NCBI RefSeq assembly: GCF_023055435.1
Contig: NW_025963891.1
Span: 21,948,001 to 22,012,000, forward strand
Length of the DNA stretch: 64,000 bases
Direction of reading: 5' to 3'
Source of the DNA: Haliotis rufescens
Lineage: Eukaryota
The notes beneath the pieces are model-generated. The model saw only the letters and a program-made list of their open reading frames with translations. It was not told where the DNA came from and ran no database searches. Shown piece after piece: positions 1 to 13,300 of this stretch (its first letter is position 1; the number at the start of each line of letters is the position of its first letter). The translations under genes were made by a program, and so were the position numbers.

Positions 1-589
1 ACATGAAAATACTTCCAAATAATTTAACTAGTGTCGAGCTGTCACATGCAGAATATGCTGAAGAGTACGGAAACATCAGTCTTCAAATTACCCATGTCAT
101 TCAGTTTTCAAGGTGATAAAATGATCTAATTAGCTTACAACAACAAACTGATATCAAACACAAATATATTCTGGCTGCTAGGGTGGCAAACAGATACTTA
201 GATGATTTGGTAAAATTCACGATACACCATTAATGAGATGATCCATGCACGTTTCATTGTACGCTTTGTCCAAGGATTTCACATGGAAGATCGTGAAAAT
301 CCATGAAGTTGACAAACAAAGTCAAGGTCATTAAAAGACATCTAAGAACCATGACAACTGTACCAAAGTTACCTGTAATTTTTGAAAACTTGAGATCAAT
401 AATAGTATTTATAATTACTAAGAACAAATGAAAAAGCCAAGGGTGCATGGACATACATACAGGTTACACATACATATATATGATGCATATCTACAAGCAC
501 TTGATGACAGACAGAACCTCCCCAGAATTACTTAATCTTGTAACTACATACACAAGGAACTGTATTAACTCATGCAGGGAAAGCCTTAC

Positions 590-673
590 CGTGCCCATCT
601 TAATACGGAGGTACTTTGGTCTCGGTACCATACACTTCTTGAGAAACGAGTGATGATGGTCCTTGAAAGCCAT
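590..673 (-). CDS. Candidate alternative first coding exon of Caskin (MAFKDHHHSFLKKCMVPRPKYLRIKMGT)
   Basis: acaATGG start context, in-frame TGA 21 nt upstream, 28 codons ending at a phase-0 donor ACG|gtaagg, matching the phase of the host intron. Confidence 0.5.
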
Positions 674-3600
674 TGTGATTTGATAGCTGTCACGTCAGTA
701 GCTGGTTGCTATCAGGTGCCAGTAGCAGTCTACTGTCGTACATATCCTCGGCTGCAATCTACGCTTGTGTATTTCACCATGCTCTCACACTGGTTAAACA
801 CGCTTCTCCATGAGAATGACAGTATTAATCCAATACCCACTTGTTCCTGCTGTTTTTTTCCGATATATATTGATAGAAGCTGGCATGGTAACTTTGATTT
901 TTCAATTAAGGTTTTTTCTTGATCTGATACTATTTTCCTTCTGCATATTTGTTGTTACGCTTCAGATATGCTGCATCCTCAAGGGAGGTTATTCATTTGT
1001 GACTAACCAAGTCTAATGATTTTTACCTCTGTCATTACATTCCACACAAAAAAGCCTGTCTATAATCAATTCCCTTCAGAACTACAAAAAGGTATTTCCA
1101 AATTTGAAAAGGTTGATGAACAAAATGACATTTTTTTAAAGAAAAGAAATATAGATCTTATAGTATTTAAAAATGTCCACTTCAAATATGCTCAAAATCA
1201 TGACCAAAAAGGATGAATGTCACAAATGAATTTTTTCTTTCGGATATCTTTCATATCAAATCGCCATTAGCCAAGCCGTCTGATCCAATCTGGCACAACA
1301 CTGCCACAAGTTCCCTCCAACTCCAAGACCGGTTGCAGCACAAAGCACTTTATACATGGCACTAACACATCCACTTGAAGACGAGACCAAAAAGAATATC
1401 CGAAAACACAAATAAAAATTCAACAGCTACTTATTCCTTCATTGATAAAACAACGCTCCTCAAAATGTGCTGCTCAGTCACAGCTGAGCACAGCTTGCCA
1501 GCAGCTCAAACATCAAATACAGCTTTTCTAAAAGTTGAACACTAAAGATTCCCAGTTGTCCTATTAGAAGATCTCCAGACACATTTGGCCAGGAATTCCT
1601 GAGAACCAACTAACGGCCAAGCCACCTTTGGCATCAGAGGCAGATAGCCACCCAAACCCACTGCTGCTGAATAACTACGACCATCTCAAAAAACAAAACG
1701 GCTTAGGTCTGCTTATACTACCAGGTGAGTGTTGATATCTATGCCACTAGCCCCAGAGTGGAGATAAAAAAAACGGTGGTTATATCTAGGCCCCTGAAAG
1801 GTCGTCTAAATGAAAGATGGGCAAAGGGGAGGGGTGGGATAACTGTTATTAGTTGATATGGAAGAGCCAGTGATATTAGTGAGATATATCTGGGCAAGAT
1901 GAAAGAAAAGCAGCAGCCTGTTTGACTACTTACAGCAGCAGCTAACACCTTGTCTATTTACCCATTGTACCCTGCAAGCAAGACATGCTGCTTGATGATG
2001 TGTACATGTGTTGCTTTGCTTTGCAGAACATATGTTTGGGGAATTATATATGTCTCTTTCTGTTTGGGACCGTAACTATTGGTTACAGAGCAGATCATAT
2101 GTTATGCTGCTGAGAAAAGCCTGGGTTTCAACAAAAACATTTACAGGCTCAAAGTTTAAAGTGAATATTGATGACTAAATTTATGTGAAATTTGACGTAA
2201 AGAAAAAAAAATTATGTGAAATTTGACGTAAAGAACAAAATGAAGCTGTTTGAAAGTGAATTTTGATAATTAAACTTATGTGAATATTTAAGTTATGAAA
2301 ACATGAAACTGTTTAAAACAACTTAAGCAATCCTCAAGATTTTAAAAAATACCATTAAAAAACAAAATGATAGAGATAAAGAAAGACAAAAAGTTGTTTT
2401 TGTTGTTGAAAATAGAACAAAGACTTGTGCTAACAGGAACTAGAGATATGAAATACGACAGGGAAGATACATCCTGACAACTCCAGACATGATTCTCATC
2501 CTCCCCAAACCACCCTTGAGGTTTAACCATTCTCATAAAAGCTTGATAGCATCCCTCCCATAGTGCTATTGACAAGCGTATGTGTTATCAAGTGTTGTCT
2601 TGATACACCTGCAGTGTCTAGTGTCAGGGATGGGGCAGGGGGTGCTCCTACACAGGGAAATATACAACCCTGCAGGATCTCATGGCCATTGTTTGCTTGT
2701 CCACTTCAGGCCTGCGGAGAACTCATAGGGTAGGACTGGACACTTAAACACAGACTTGTTTTGAGAACTTATAAGGAATGGAACAATTCATTACCTTTTG
2801 CATTGAGTACAATATTGGGGATGCAAAACATAACATTACATGAACGTATAAAATTGTTTTGTTCAATAAATAGAGCAGATTTCATGTTTTTTTCATTACG
2901 CAATATAGTTAAGTTCAAATTTAAAGTTTAAATAAAATTGAGAAATAAGTGTCACCAGACATACTTCAAATCATGCAACACAAGATTTGATAATAATATT
3001 GCCATTAAACTGATTACAAACATGAAGAACCAAAGATGCCAATTACATAATTACTTCAATAAACAAGCCCAGACATGCCAGACCTGTATTACTGATTGAA
3101 CTCTACCATCGTATGTTCTTCCAAAATCTACAAAGTCAGGATGAAGTAGACCAACAATACACCTGATAAGCATAAGATCCACCACAGACCATTAACCAAT
3201 GCTTAAGGCAGAGTTAATCACTCATGTAAACGAGCCCCAACATCTTGTGGTTATGTTGAAAGCATCAGCATGCTCGTCCCATGTGAGGCCCTGCTGGAGG
3301 CACTGAAGCAGTCACCTTGAAGACTTGTGTCAATAGCAGTGATGGGATGTCAATACACCACTGACATCTCCATCAGATGCTAGCCAGACATTACACTCCA
3401 TCCAAATGGTCAAAAGAGGAGGAGGAATGATGGGACCATCGTTGTTTATTTGCATTTTTTACATGCAGGCAGAGAAAAGGCTGCAGTACCACGGGTGGTG
3501 TACATAATGCCAACCTGATGCTTGTGTTTCCCTCTTACTTTGTGTGGATTGTAACGCACCGTCCCCTGCCTGCAACATACATGCATGGGATGGGAAGGGA

Positions 3601-4768
3601 AGGTTGGGGGGTACAAATGTCAGGCCGTGACACATCAATAGTGCCGGTTCAGTGATATGTCTTTCTTCATTGTGTCTGTGACCCTCTCCTTCCACTGCAT
3701 GTGTATCTTGGCACGTGTAGGAATGGCTAGCTTTCATCTGACTCAGTCACAACCCTCATCATACCTGTTCTCATCTTTCCTATCTCTTCCCATGTTTCCA
3801 CTTTAAAACTGTGTTTCCATAGGGATCATATTTAGATTTAGGTACATTTCCACATGGAAACCAGGAATAGATAAGGGGTCTTGTAAAAAAATTGTAATTG
3901 AAAAAAACTGAAAAGTCAGTTAAGGAGTTTGGGGAAAAAATGTCAGTTTCTTCTTTGCATTGATCTTTAAAGGCATGCAAGTGCAGCATAGATATGGTCA
4001 GATCTTGTTTTCTTGATGTAGGAAGTTTACACCGGTGACTGTTTCATTAAGAATTACAAAACTAAGCAGCAGGTTTATGTTGTGTTGAAATTTTTCAATA
4101 TGATTAATATATAGTTTTTGCTATTGTGGTATTTAGGGCCCATTATTTTGGGATGGGTGCTTATAAGGGTAACTATCAAATAAAGGCTTATGTAACTCAT
4201 CAAGAACATGAACATGAACATTTCACACTGACCTCCCTGACACTGTATGTGCAACAGAAATCATCAGCTAGAGATGTATAGAGAGTGCTGTTTAAGCTGA
4301 ACTCAAATCTAAATCAGACTAATCTAACTAATCTGAAAGAAGTCAATGTGCATTCAACGTATGAGCATGTTTCCAGGAGTCAGGGTCCACCCTGGGTCTA
4401 TCTTTTGTTGAGTCTAGGTAGTGACCAACTGAACATCTACAGCATGGTAGCAAATGGCACACACAACTTCAGTAACATCATATACATAGCATTGTGCATT
4501 CTCTGAAGCCCCAAGTTAATTTCCTTGAATAAAAGGATTATTGCATAATGCTCCACGAAGAAACAGTGGCAATGTTCTTCAAAATGTATACAACTGAACT
4601 AGTTTTAATGATTAAAACAGACATAATTTTTCATCCAATGGACTGACAGCACATATTACTTGCATTCATTCTCATTTTCCATGCGAATAGGAAGCAATAG
4701 TCTGGTAGAACCTTGAAGTTTGAAAGCAAACATTGACAGATCACAGATTCCATACTGTAACTGAAACT

Positions 4769-4928
4769 GGGGTGGTCGGGTAGCATAGTGGTTAAAGCGT
4801 TCGCTCGTCATGCCGAAGACCCGGGTTCGATTCCCGACATGGGTACAATGTGTGAAGCCCATTTCTGGAGTCCCCCGCTGTGATATTGCTGGAATATTGC
4901 TAAAAGCAGCATAAAACCATACACACTC
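4769..4928 (+). mobile_element. SINE family A (tRNA-Asp(GTC)-like head, about 165 bp)
   Basis: A box TAGCATAGTGG, B box GGTTCGATTCC, tail GCTGGAATATTGCTAAAAGC..(ACTC)n; TSD ACTGTAACTGAA on both sides. Confidence 0.9.
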
Positions 4929-5797
4929 ACTGTAACTGAACTGCAATAGTATGTTTTAAACAAACTTTAAGAAAAATACTACTTTCTCCAAAATGTCCGA
5001 GTTCATTTGAAGGCATTACCATCTATATTTGAAAACAGCTGAAGATGCAGAGTAAAAGTAATTTCAAAAACACTTAGACACCTGTTGCACTCTAACATAC
5101 CCCATCACCTCATCACAAGCGATAAGCCCCTCCATTAAAGCATTACAACAACATATTACACACAAACCCATATACTACATGACATTAATATACAATGTTT
5201 CACACCTTCCCACATAGTGAAACACTTCTACTTTCCATCTATTACTATTGTCTAAATGAACAAGGATCCTGACAGCATTCTGGTCCTAACACAAAGCATC
5301 TGCTCATCATTGGCCCGGGGGTACACAGGGATCGACCTGGCAGCCTTGCCAAGTCGGTTGAATGGAGGGTTCACGTCTATTGTTTTGTCAGTGTAGAGTA
5401 GACTGATCCCGAGTAATATCAACCACCTGTGGAGGTGGCAACCTTTTCATATTGTAACACACATTTGCAGGAGATTGACTGTAATTTTGCCATTAGTTTC
5501 ACCCTGTAAACAGGATATTTTTCAAACTTGTGAATTCTCCCTAAAAACTGGCCTGATGTCGCTTTGATGTGTGGGGGTGGGAATGCAGGTAGGAAGTCCC
5601 GGAAATGTGGAGGTGTTAGGAGACTGTGGTGAACAATTTGGTCGTAACCATTGCCAGATATTGCTTAATCAAATTCATATTTTTAGTCAAAGTTTTTGTC
5701 ATGCCTGACAATGGGAAAAGGGCATTCGCAAGTCCATTGACAGTTCTGGAAGTAACTGTGATCACCACATGTGTCAATTATACATAATAGTGATTAA

Positions 5798-6075
5798 GTG
5801 AGTGAGTGAGTGAGTGAGTGAGTTTGGCTTAACACCACATTGAACAGTATTTCAGTTATATCAAGGTATGTGTCAGCTTGATGTAGTATGAAACCCTGAA
5901 GTGGTGTCTTAGATGTTTTCCACTTTGGTGAAACCCACGAGCATTAGTGTGGCATGGACAAACAAAACATAATCAGTTCAAATCATATGACCCATGCTCA
6001 CAGGTTTCTGTCACACCAAGGGAACAAACTCTGCACAGCAAATTATGGCACCTTTGATGACTGGGCAATCCGTTT
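5798..6075 (-). mobile_element. SINE family D, old copy (other fragments at about 16444-16610, 38905-39025 and 63865-64000)
   Basis: (GAGT)n tail; CCACTTTGGTGAAACCCACGAGCA; AACTCTGCACAGCAAAT. Confidence 0.8.
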
Positions 6076-6409
6076 TCAAAACATGCTCTGAAAAGTAGAA
6101 CTGAGTCGTCTACTGTCTTGTGCCTTGTCATCCAGTCAGACTAGCCTTGAAGACACAGGGTAAAGATTGGTACACTAACTGTCTTGATTCTAAGCCATAA
6201 AACAGCAATGTCCTTTTTGAATACCAAATTCACTTGTGAAGTGTGAGAAAGGCGAACTGATCCAGAATAAAGCCTCTGTTTGAAGGTCATGAACTTGAGC
6301 ATTCAATGACATGTCAGTCAATCAGCACTGTCAATATGGGAGGAAGTGAAATCCGAAAGCACAGGTAAGGCGATGACAAACCAGGGATGATGGTTCAGGC
6401 GAGGCTGGG

Positions 6410-6665
6410 GGACTGCCTCCGTGGTCTAGTGGTAGAGCATCCGCACAGGGAGTGGAAGGTCCGGGGTTTGATCCCCAGCCGCGTTATACCAAAAGACGTT
6501 AAAAAAAGGTACTTGTTGTTACCCTGTCTGGCGCTCATTAAGGGACTAAAACAGGGACTAAAACAGGGACTAAAACAAGGACTTGGAGGCTGTATACTGT
6601 GTCTGAGTGGGGTATTCATGTTAAACTGCACAATAATCTTGGACGTGATGTTAAAACCCACCTTA
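6410..6665 (+). mobile_element. SINE family C (tRNA head plus Meta/MESC-like central domain)
   Basis: A box TGGTCTAGTGG, B box GGTTTGATCCC; ATACCAAAAGACGTTAAAAA..GGTAC..CTGTCTGGCGCTC resembles the Meta domain (from recall); internal (AGGGACTAAAAC)x3; TSD core GAGGCTGGG. Confidence 0.85.
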
Positions 6666-7004
6666 CAGTGAGGCTGGGATTCAAACAAACAACCAGCTGG
6701 GACACAACTCCATAGAGTCTGCTTATGCTACTGGGCCAACAACCATCAGCCTTAATCATGATAATCTTCATCTAAATACCCTGTTGTTCATAGAGATGAT
6801 AAATTGATTAAATTGTTCTACCTGGGATCAAGATGTTCCCACTGTCAGCCACTGGTTTGCCTGGCCCAGACCCAAACACACACCACAGCCTGCTGTGACT
6901 GAGATGAATATTGCTGTCTGGGGCAATAAATACCATTTCACCAACACCAGAAATCATAGCTAAGCTTGAGACACTGGTGGGTGCAGCTTGAGTGATGACA
7001 ATAT

Positions 7005-7250
7005 ACCCCTTGTTGGGAATCTGGGTTTGGTTAGAATAGGTCTCTAGTAATCAATACTTGTTGTAAGAGGCAACTTAATGGATCCGGCAATCATGCTTGA
7101 TGACTTTGTTGATTGCATGTCATTTTATCCTGATGGCAGGGGATGATGCTCATAATATCAATCACTGGCTTGTCTGGTCCAGACTTATATACCGGCCAGT
7201 GGATATCGCTGGAATAAGGCTAACTGCAATAACACTACAACAAAATAAAC
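7005..7250 (+). mobile_element. SINE-like family B (pseudoknot head), old copy
   Basis: TTAGAATAGGTCTCTAG..TGTTGTAAGAGGCAAC..ATCACTGGCTTGTCTGGTCCAGAC..GCTGGAATA. Confidence 0.8.
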
Positions 7251-7266
7251 AGCTGGCTCTACTCAC

Positions 7267-7375
7267 ATCAAGCAACAACTTGACCACCTCAATCTTGCCA
7301 TACAAAGCTGCTTCATGTAGACATGTGCCGTTCAGTGTCGCTCTATTGATATCCATTCCTGTCTGCAGCAGTAAC
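7267..7375 (-). CDS. CASKIN: Caskin exon, 109 nt ([36 protein letters not shown]), phase 2 to 0
   Basis: Acceptor tctgtttcag, donor GAT|gtgagt; LHEAALYGK ankyrin motif. Confidence 0.95.
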
Positions 7376-10300
7376 CTGAAACAGATTCAACAATTCAGTC
7401 AAAACTTGTAAGAGTGAGGTTGTATGGTTTTACGCCGCTTTTAGCAATATTCCAGCAATATCACAGCGGGGGACACCAGAAATGGGCTTCACACAATGTA
7501 CACATGTCAGGAATCGAAACCGGGTCTTCGTCGTGACGAGCGAACGTTTTAACCACTAGGCTTCCCGACCGCCCCAAAACTCGTAAGAATAGATTATCTT
7601 GCACTGTGTTGTGTACACATGAAAAGCAAACTATTATACAATGTAGTCAATATGACAGTTTAATGGCATCTATACAGAAACAAAAAGGGTGGGAAAATGG
7701 TAGTCCATGATCTGTGGAAATAGCAGAGGGCATGCCGTTATTGGAAGTCAGTAGCCCTGTAACCCAGTACCCCAGTCATTAGCCTTTTCCTGTACCTACA
7801 TGTATGATAAAGTTCATCGACATGTCTGCTATTCATTCCAGCATTACACAGAGAAACAAACACAAGTTGGAAATAAAAAAGATTTGATCTAGTGTTGAGC
7901 CAGTGCTATCAAAGAATTATGCTTCGAGTAGTGAGTGAGTTTGGTTTTATGCTGCTTTTAGCAATACTTCAGTCATATAACAGTGAGGGACACCAGAAAC
8001 GGGCTTCACACATTGTACCCATGTGTGGAATCAAAACCAGACCTTCGTCATGACAAGCAAACACTTAAACCACTAGGCTACCCCACCAGTCCTGCCTGGA
8101 GTTGTTCTTCACAATTAACTCCCATTTATCAACACAATTTTAAAATTTACTTCAATTGTTTCAAATGAAAACTATAGCGAGTGAGTGAGTATGGTTATAC
8201 GCCACTTTTAGCAATATTCCAGCAATATCACGGTGGGGGACACCAGAAATGGGCTTCACACAGTTGTACCCATGTCGGAAATCGAACCCGGGTCTTCGGC
8301 GTGATAAGCGAATGCTTTAACCACTACGCTACCCGACCGCCCCTAATGAAAACTGTAACAGAACTAACCTAAGATATCTTAGCTATTGTAATGGGAAACA
8401 CTCATAGGATGCCATACAATTTACCCCATCTGGTTAATGAACCATTTTTCAGGAATTCCACACCAAAATTTCAAAGAGAAAACCCCATGTGCATTTCTAG
8501 CAGTTAAGACAGGTGTATGCAGCCTTCTTCCTCTAACGTCAGGTTATGACATCCATTACGAGCCAATCAAAACATCCTCTCTTTGCTCCACTTACTGTAA
8601 TGCCTTAATGTCAATATTCAATAGGAGAGTGTTTGCCAAAAAAAAGTCTCCTGGGTGAACTTCTTTCAGCCAATTTGAGCCTGACCTTTTTATCGAAAGG
8701 AAATAATAAACATAGATATCCGAGGCAGGAAAAAGGATGCTCTACAAAAAAACAGGCTGTTGAGGAAGGCTATATGGAGCTTGTGATATCCTATCTATAG
8801 TGCTGGCCACGATAAGGCCTGCAGGATATGACATAAGCTGTGCAACAGCAGGAGCAACTGTACTTGCAGCGACAGCAAAGCTGACGGGGTCGTCAGGACA
8901 GTAGGCCTGGGACGGGTAACTCGGGTGAGGTGGGTACTGAGTAGGACCCGGGTACCCACAGGACTACACGGACCCGTTGTTGGTCATGTGATATATTGTT
9001 TCATGACAAAATTTCACTATGTAACTACATGGTTACACGACAATTCTAAGTCTCTCATGTTCGCATTTCTTCATGACTATGAACACGTTCCATCTGACTT
9101 ATATATGTTTGAACAAAGCTAAAACTTGAGTCAATTTCAGTGTATGCCTGACCACATCGTTTAATATGTGTATCTAAATACAGGGCTGCTGTCAAACTAT
9201 TCCCAATTGGACATTTTGTAACTATCTCTTGACACCAACAGCGGGTACCCGGGTACGGTCGGGTAATAGGGGTGTGGGTACCCAGGTAGTAAATTTGGAC
9301 TCATCCCAGCCCTACAGGACAGGTACTAAAAGAACTACATCGGGTACATATCTGTATGCAGATATATACCCAATGGAAAGTTTTTATTCAAATATGGACT
9401 TAATATGAATTAAGTCCCCTTTTTTAATGCTTTGGGTTGGCTGGTGAGTTAGGGAAAGGGTAAGCTGTATCAACTCTATCCATGAATGTTTTCTACGGGC
9501 AGACCAACACACATGAATTATATATCAACAGCATTACAGGTTATGCCGTGAATGAGAACAAATAAGAAGGTATTAATGTCCACAGTTTGGTGGCTGGGGT
9601 CAGTTGTTCAGTATTCGATCAACCTTCAAGACAGATATCAGCACATGAAACTCCCTTTACTCCTTCAGCGTGTCACAACTGTCAGTCAGTACTGTGAGGC
9701 CTACCATGGGAATCACTGCAGCCCCAACTCTACCAGGAGAACAAGATGTGATACGTCCAGAGCTCCAGATAACTATTTGGGCAATTGAGTTTTTACTCTA
9801 GGGTTTCTATTTTAATTGGTTTATTACATTTTCCATTGGGTAACCAATATTTTTTAAATCCAAAAGAGTGAACATTTTAAGATTTGATAAAAATGAGATA
9901 ATGTTTTAGATGATAACCATGATAACTGTTCCAAATATATAGGCTTGACTCAGAAAGTAAATTAGCTTGTAATTTTGTTTCGGAAATTAGCTCCTTTTCA
10001 CACTTGCTGAAAAATCTTCATTGGATATTTACGTGTGCTGTTTTTATACATTTGAGTTTTTCATTAACGCATACGTTGATTGTAATTGGGTTTTGAATAT
10101 TTTGCTGGGGTGTTTCCCGCAAATACGCTGCTTATCTGCTTATCACAAGATGTGGGATTCAACCACATTCTTCTCAGAGGGCCTGTGCTAATTGATCCTT
10201 GTTATAAGGGCAACCTTGTCATGCTCTATTTGAAGCCTCTGTGCCAACAACGACCCCATCAGAGAAAGTGACACCAGAGTGAGTGAGTGGGTTGAGTTTT

Positions 10301-13300
10301 ATTCTGCTTTTAGCAATATTCCCGCCATATCATGTCCAAGTATGGGCTTCAGACATTGTAACCATGCGGAGAATCAAACCTAATAGAAGGAACTGTGGCG
10401 TATTGAATGACTGGGACAACCGTACCAACTAACCAAATATGTACACCCATAAGATTACTGTCGTATCAGCACAAAGTCAACCTCACCTATCTTTATAAGT
10501 ATAACCATGTCTTTCACCAGTTCAAGGCCCCCACTGTTTAATAACCACATATCTAATACTTCATCATGCTCCATACCATTATACTTATCCTACATTGACT
10601 GACATACTTCACTGATACCTACATACACTTGTTCACCTAACATATAGCAGAGCCAGTGCCACCCAGGCGGGGTTCCAGCATAACGGTATGTCTAACACAT
10701 TAGCACAGTCTTGGTGGATCCACACCTGATAGTTAGTTCAGAGGCCAGTCGAGGAAACTGGAACTGAAGATAGCTTTACGACTGATATGCTTCACGGCCT
10801 TTGAGCCTATCTGCCTCTAATGGTGACAAGATGATATTAAACACTTTCAAACTGACCATTACCAGATATCTTGAAGACCAACAGATGTACATGGGCGTTT
10901 TTCCTCTAGTTCACTACTCTGTGATAAAGCATCGCATGTGATAAATGCCTCCTATTAATAATATGGCAGATTTCTTGAGGATTTTACATGATTTCTAATC
11001 TGGAAGAGGTTGCCATGTCGATCCATGCAATTACCTACCAAGTGTTTGAAACTTAAGATGAAAGACTGGTCCTTGCCACCAACCTGATGAACGACCCCTA
11101 ACACTAGAAACCTACTCGGCTTGTACAAGCTGTGTGTGGTCATATTTAATAAGGTTCAGTGAGTCAGTGAATGTTTTGGTTTTTTTCAATTTGGCAAGAT
11201 TTCTTCTATATCAAGGTGGCCCTTAAATACTGAGGGTTGGCAAAGTAGAAGAGTGGGCTGATAATGAGCAATAATCCTTGACATAATGTCTGCCAAAACA
11301 AAGTATCAAAATCAGAAATATTTATTTTTAGATAATTATTAAAGCCGGGACCGATTTAAAGATGATAACATTTGTTATTTCATCAGCTATAATGGGCAGT
11401 GAGTGAACGTTCATCAACACATGGAATCTCCACCCACACCTCCACCCACCCATCTCCAGCAGCAGATATTATCTACACCTGATCAGAGTCCGATGTCCGG
11501 CCCCAAATCTGCAGCAAATGTCAGTAATAATTGCCAAATGTGAATCATACATTTCTAAATAAAAGTTAATAGGGTTATATCTATTGTGATCGCATGGTCC
11601 AGGTGACTTTCATTTCGCTGATAACAGGACCAATAAAGAGGTAGGGGCTTAAATGCAGAAATTTACATTATTGCATTGAATAGTATGTAAATACCTCCTA
11701 AGTTAAGAAAAGTTGTTTTTTTAAATATCCCCAATTAAAAAAACAACAACATTTTTTTCCAATCTGCTGGCCAATAGCACTTAAGTTTGGAATCCTAGAT
11801 AAATAAATCCCTTGGGGCGAGTTTCTGGAAGAATCAATTTGAATACTGTGAATGACTGTGGCACCAAGTATCTACTACGTACGTGATGATGTCCACATGG
11901 CCGTTCCTGGCAGCAAGGTGCATGCATGTCGTCTGGTTGTTGTCTCCCAGATCCTTCTCATTCACCTCCAGCAGCTTCAGACACAGGTTGTTCCGCAACA
12001 GCATCTCCACCACCTGCAACAACACCACACACGTCAGTCAAACAACGCTTGTAATAATGTCAAAGTGATGACAACTGTATAAACTATTACTACTATTAAA
12101 AGACTGATTCACAAATTGTAACTGAACATGAATTCAGGTGGACCTAGAAAAAGCATCACATTAAGGCCATGAGAAATTCCATTCTAGTCCATCAATGCAG
12201 TATCAACACTAAGTGTACGCTGCCAGCCATCTCATGATAAACATAAATGTTTATATGCTGTAAATGAAATAACATGTAATACCTCTATGTATAATGTACA
12301 TCATGTATATCTACCTTTCATGTCTATAATTATATACATGTCCATATGTAGAGAGTTTGTACCCTGCCCTACGAGGGTGTTCTGTACAATAAAAATTCTT
12401 GATTCTTGATTCTTAATTAAAACGCATGTTACACTAGCTACCAGGGTATCAACAATGAAAGGCAGTGTTCCTGTCAACAAAATCACAATAAACAACAGTT
12501 GTACAACTATTGCCTATTTGTTGTTTAAAGCAGCACTCAGTGGTCTGTAAATGATAAAATCTGGACCAGACAATCCAGTGATTGACATCATGAGCATTAA
12601 TCTGCGCAATTGGGATACACAGACACTGCAATCAACCATGCCTCAGTGCCAGTCTTTCTGATCCATTTAGTAACCTCTTACGAAAAGCATAGGTTGCTGG
12701 GGACCTATATTCTTACCTGGAATACAAACAGATTTAATGTAAACGCATTTCCATTTTGTGGTTTAAAGATATTTGCTTTCCAATTAGCTGGGGTCAGTTG
12801 AAATAAATAAAAAAAGGTTCAAAGTATGAAAAGGGCAATATTAAGAAAAGAGGAAAATCTTTACAAATCATTATGAAAGTTATAAAATGTGTTCATACAT
12901 GAATGAGAATTAAACTTTGTTCATTACAAATTTTATCTTGGGTCACAAACTTGCTCATACTTTAAAAAAAGTCTGACATTTTTAATACAAATATTTGAGC
13001 TTTTTCTTCAAAACTTGACATTTTCAGGGGGCAAAAAGTGCTTTTATCCTAGCCTCATCCTTTGTGCTGGTAAATAATATTTGGTTTGTTTGGTATGAGA
13101 TTGTTTGGGTGGTGTGTTAAAACAGACAAAATGTACACTTAAACCGTCCCTATGTTGCAGTGTCTAGTATTTGTAAAGTTCCAAGTACATGACCCATGGA
13201 GGTTTGGGTTAGGACAGATCTTCAGGAACCCATGCTTGGTTAGAACAGGTCTTCAGCAACCCATGCTTGCCGCAAAAGGCAATTATGTTTGTCGTAAGAG

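Noticed and set aside
4769-4845. tRNA-Asp gene (also the tRNA-Leu-like head at 23874 and other SINE heads)
   Set aside because: Acceptor and anticodon stems do not close properly, and each runs into a SINE body, tail and TSD.
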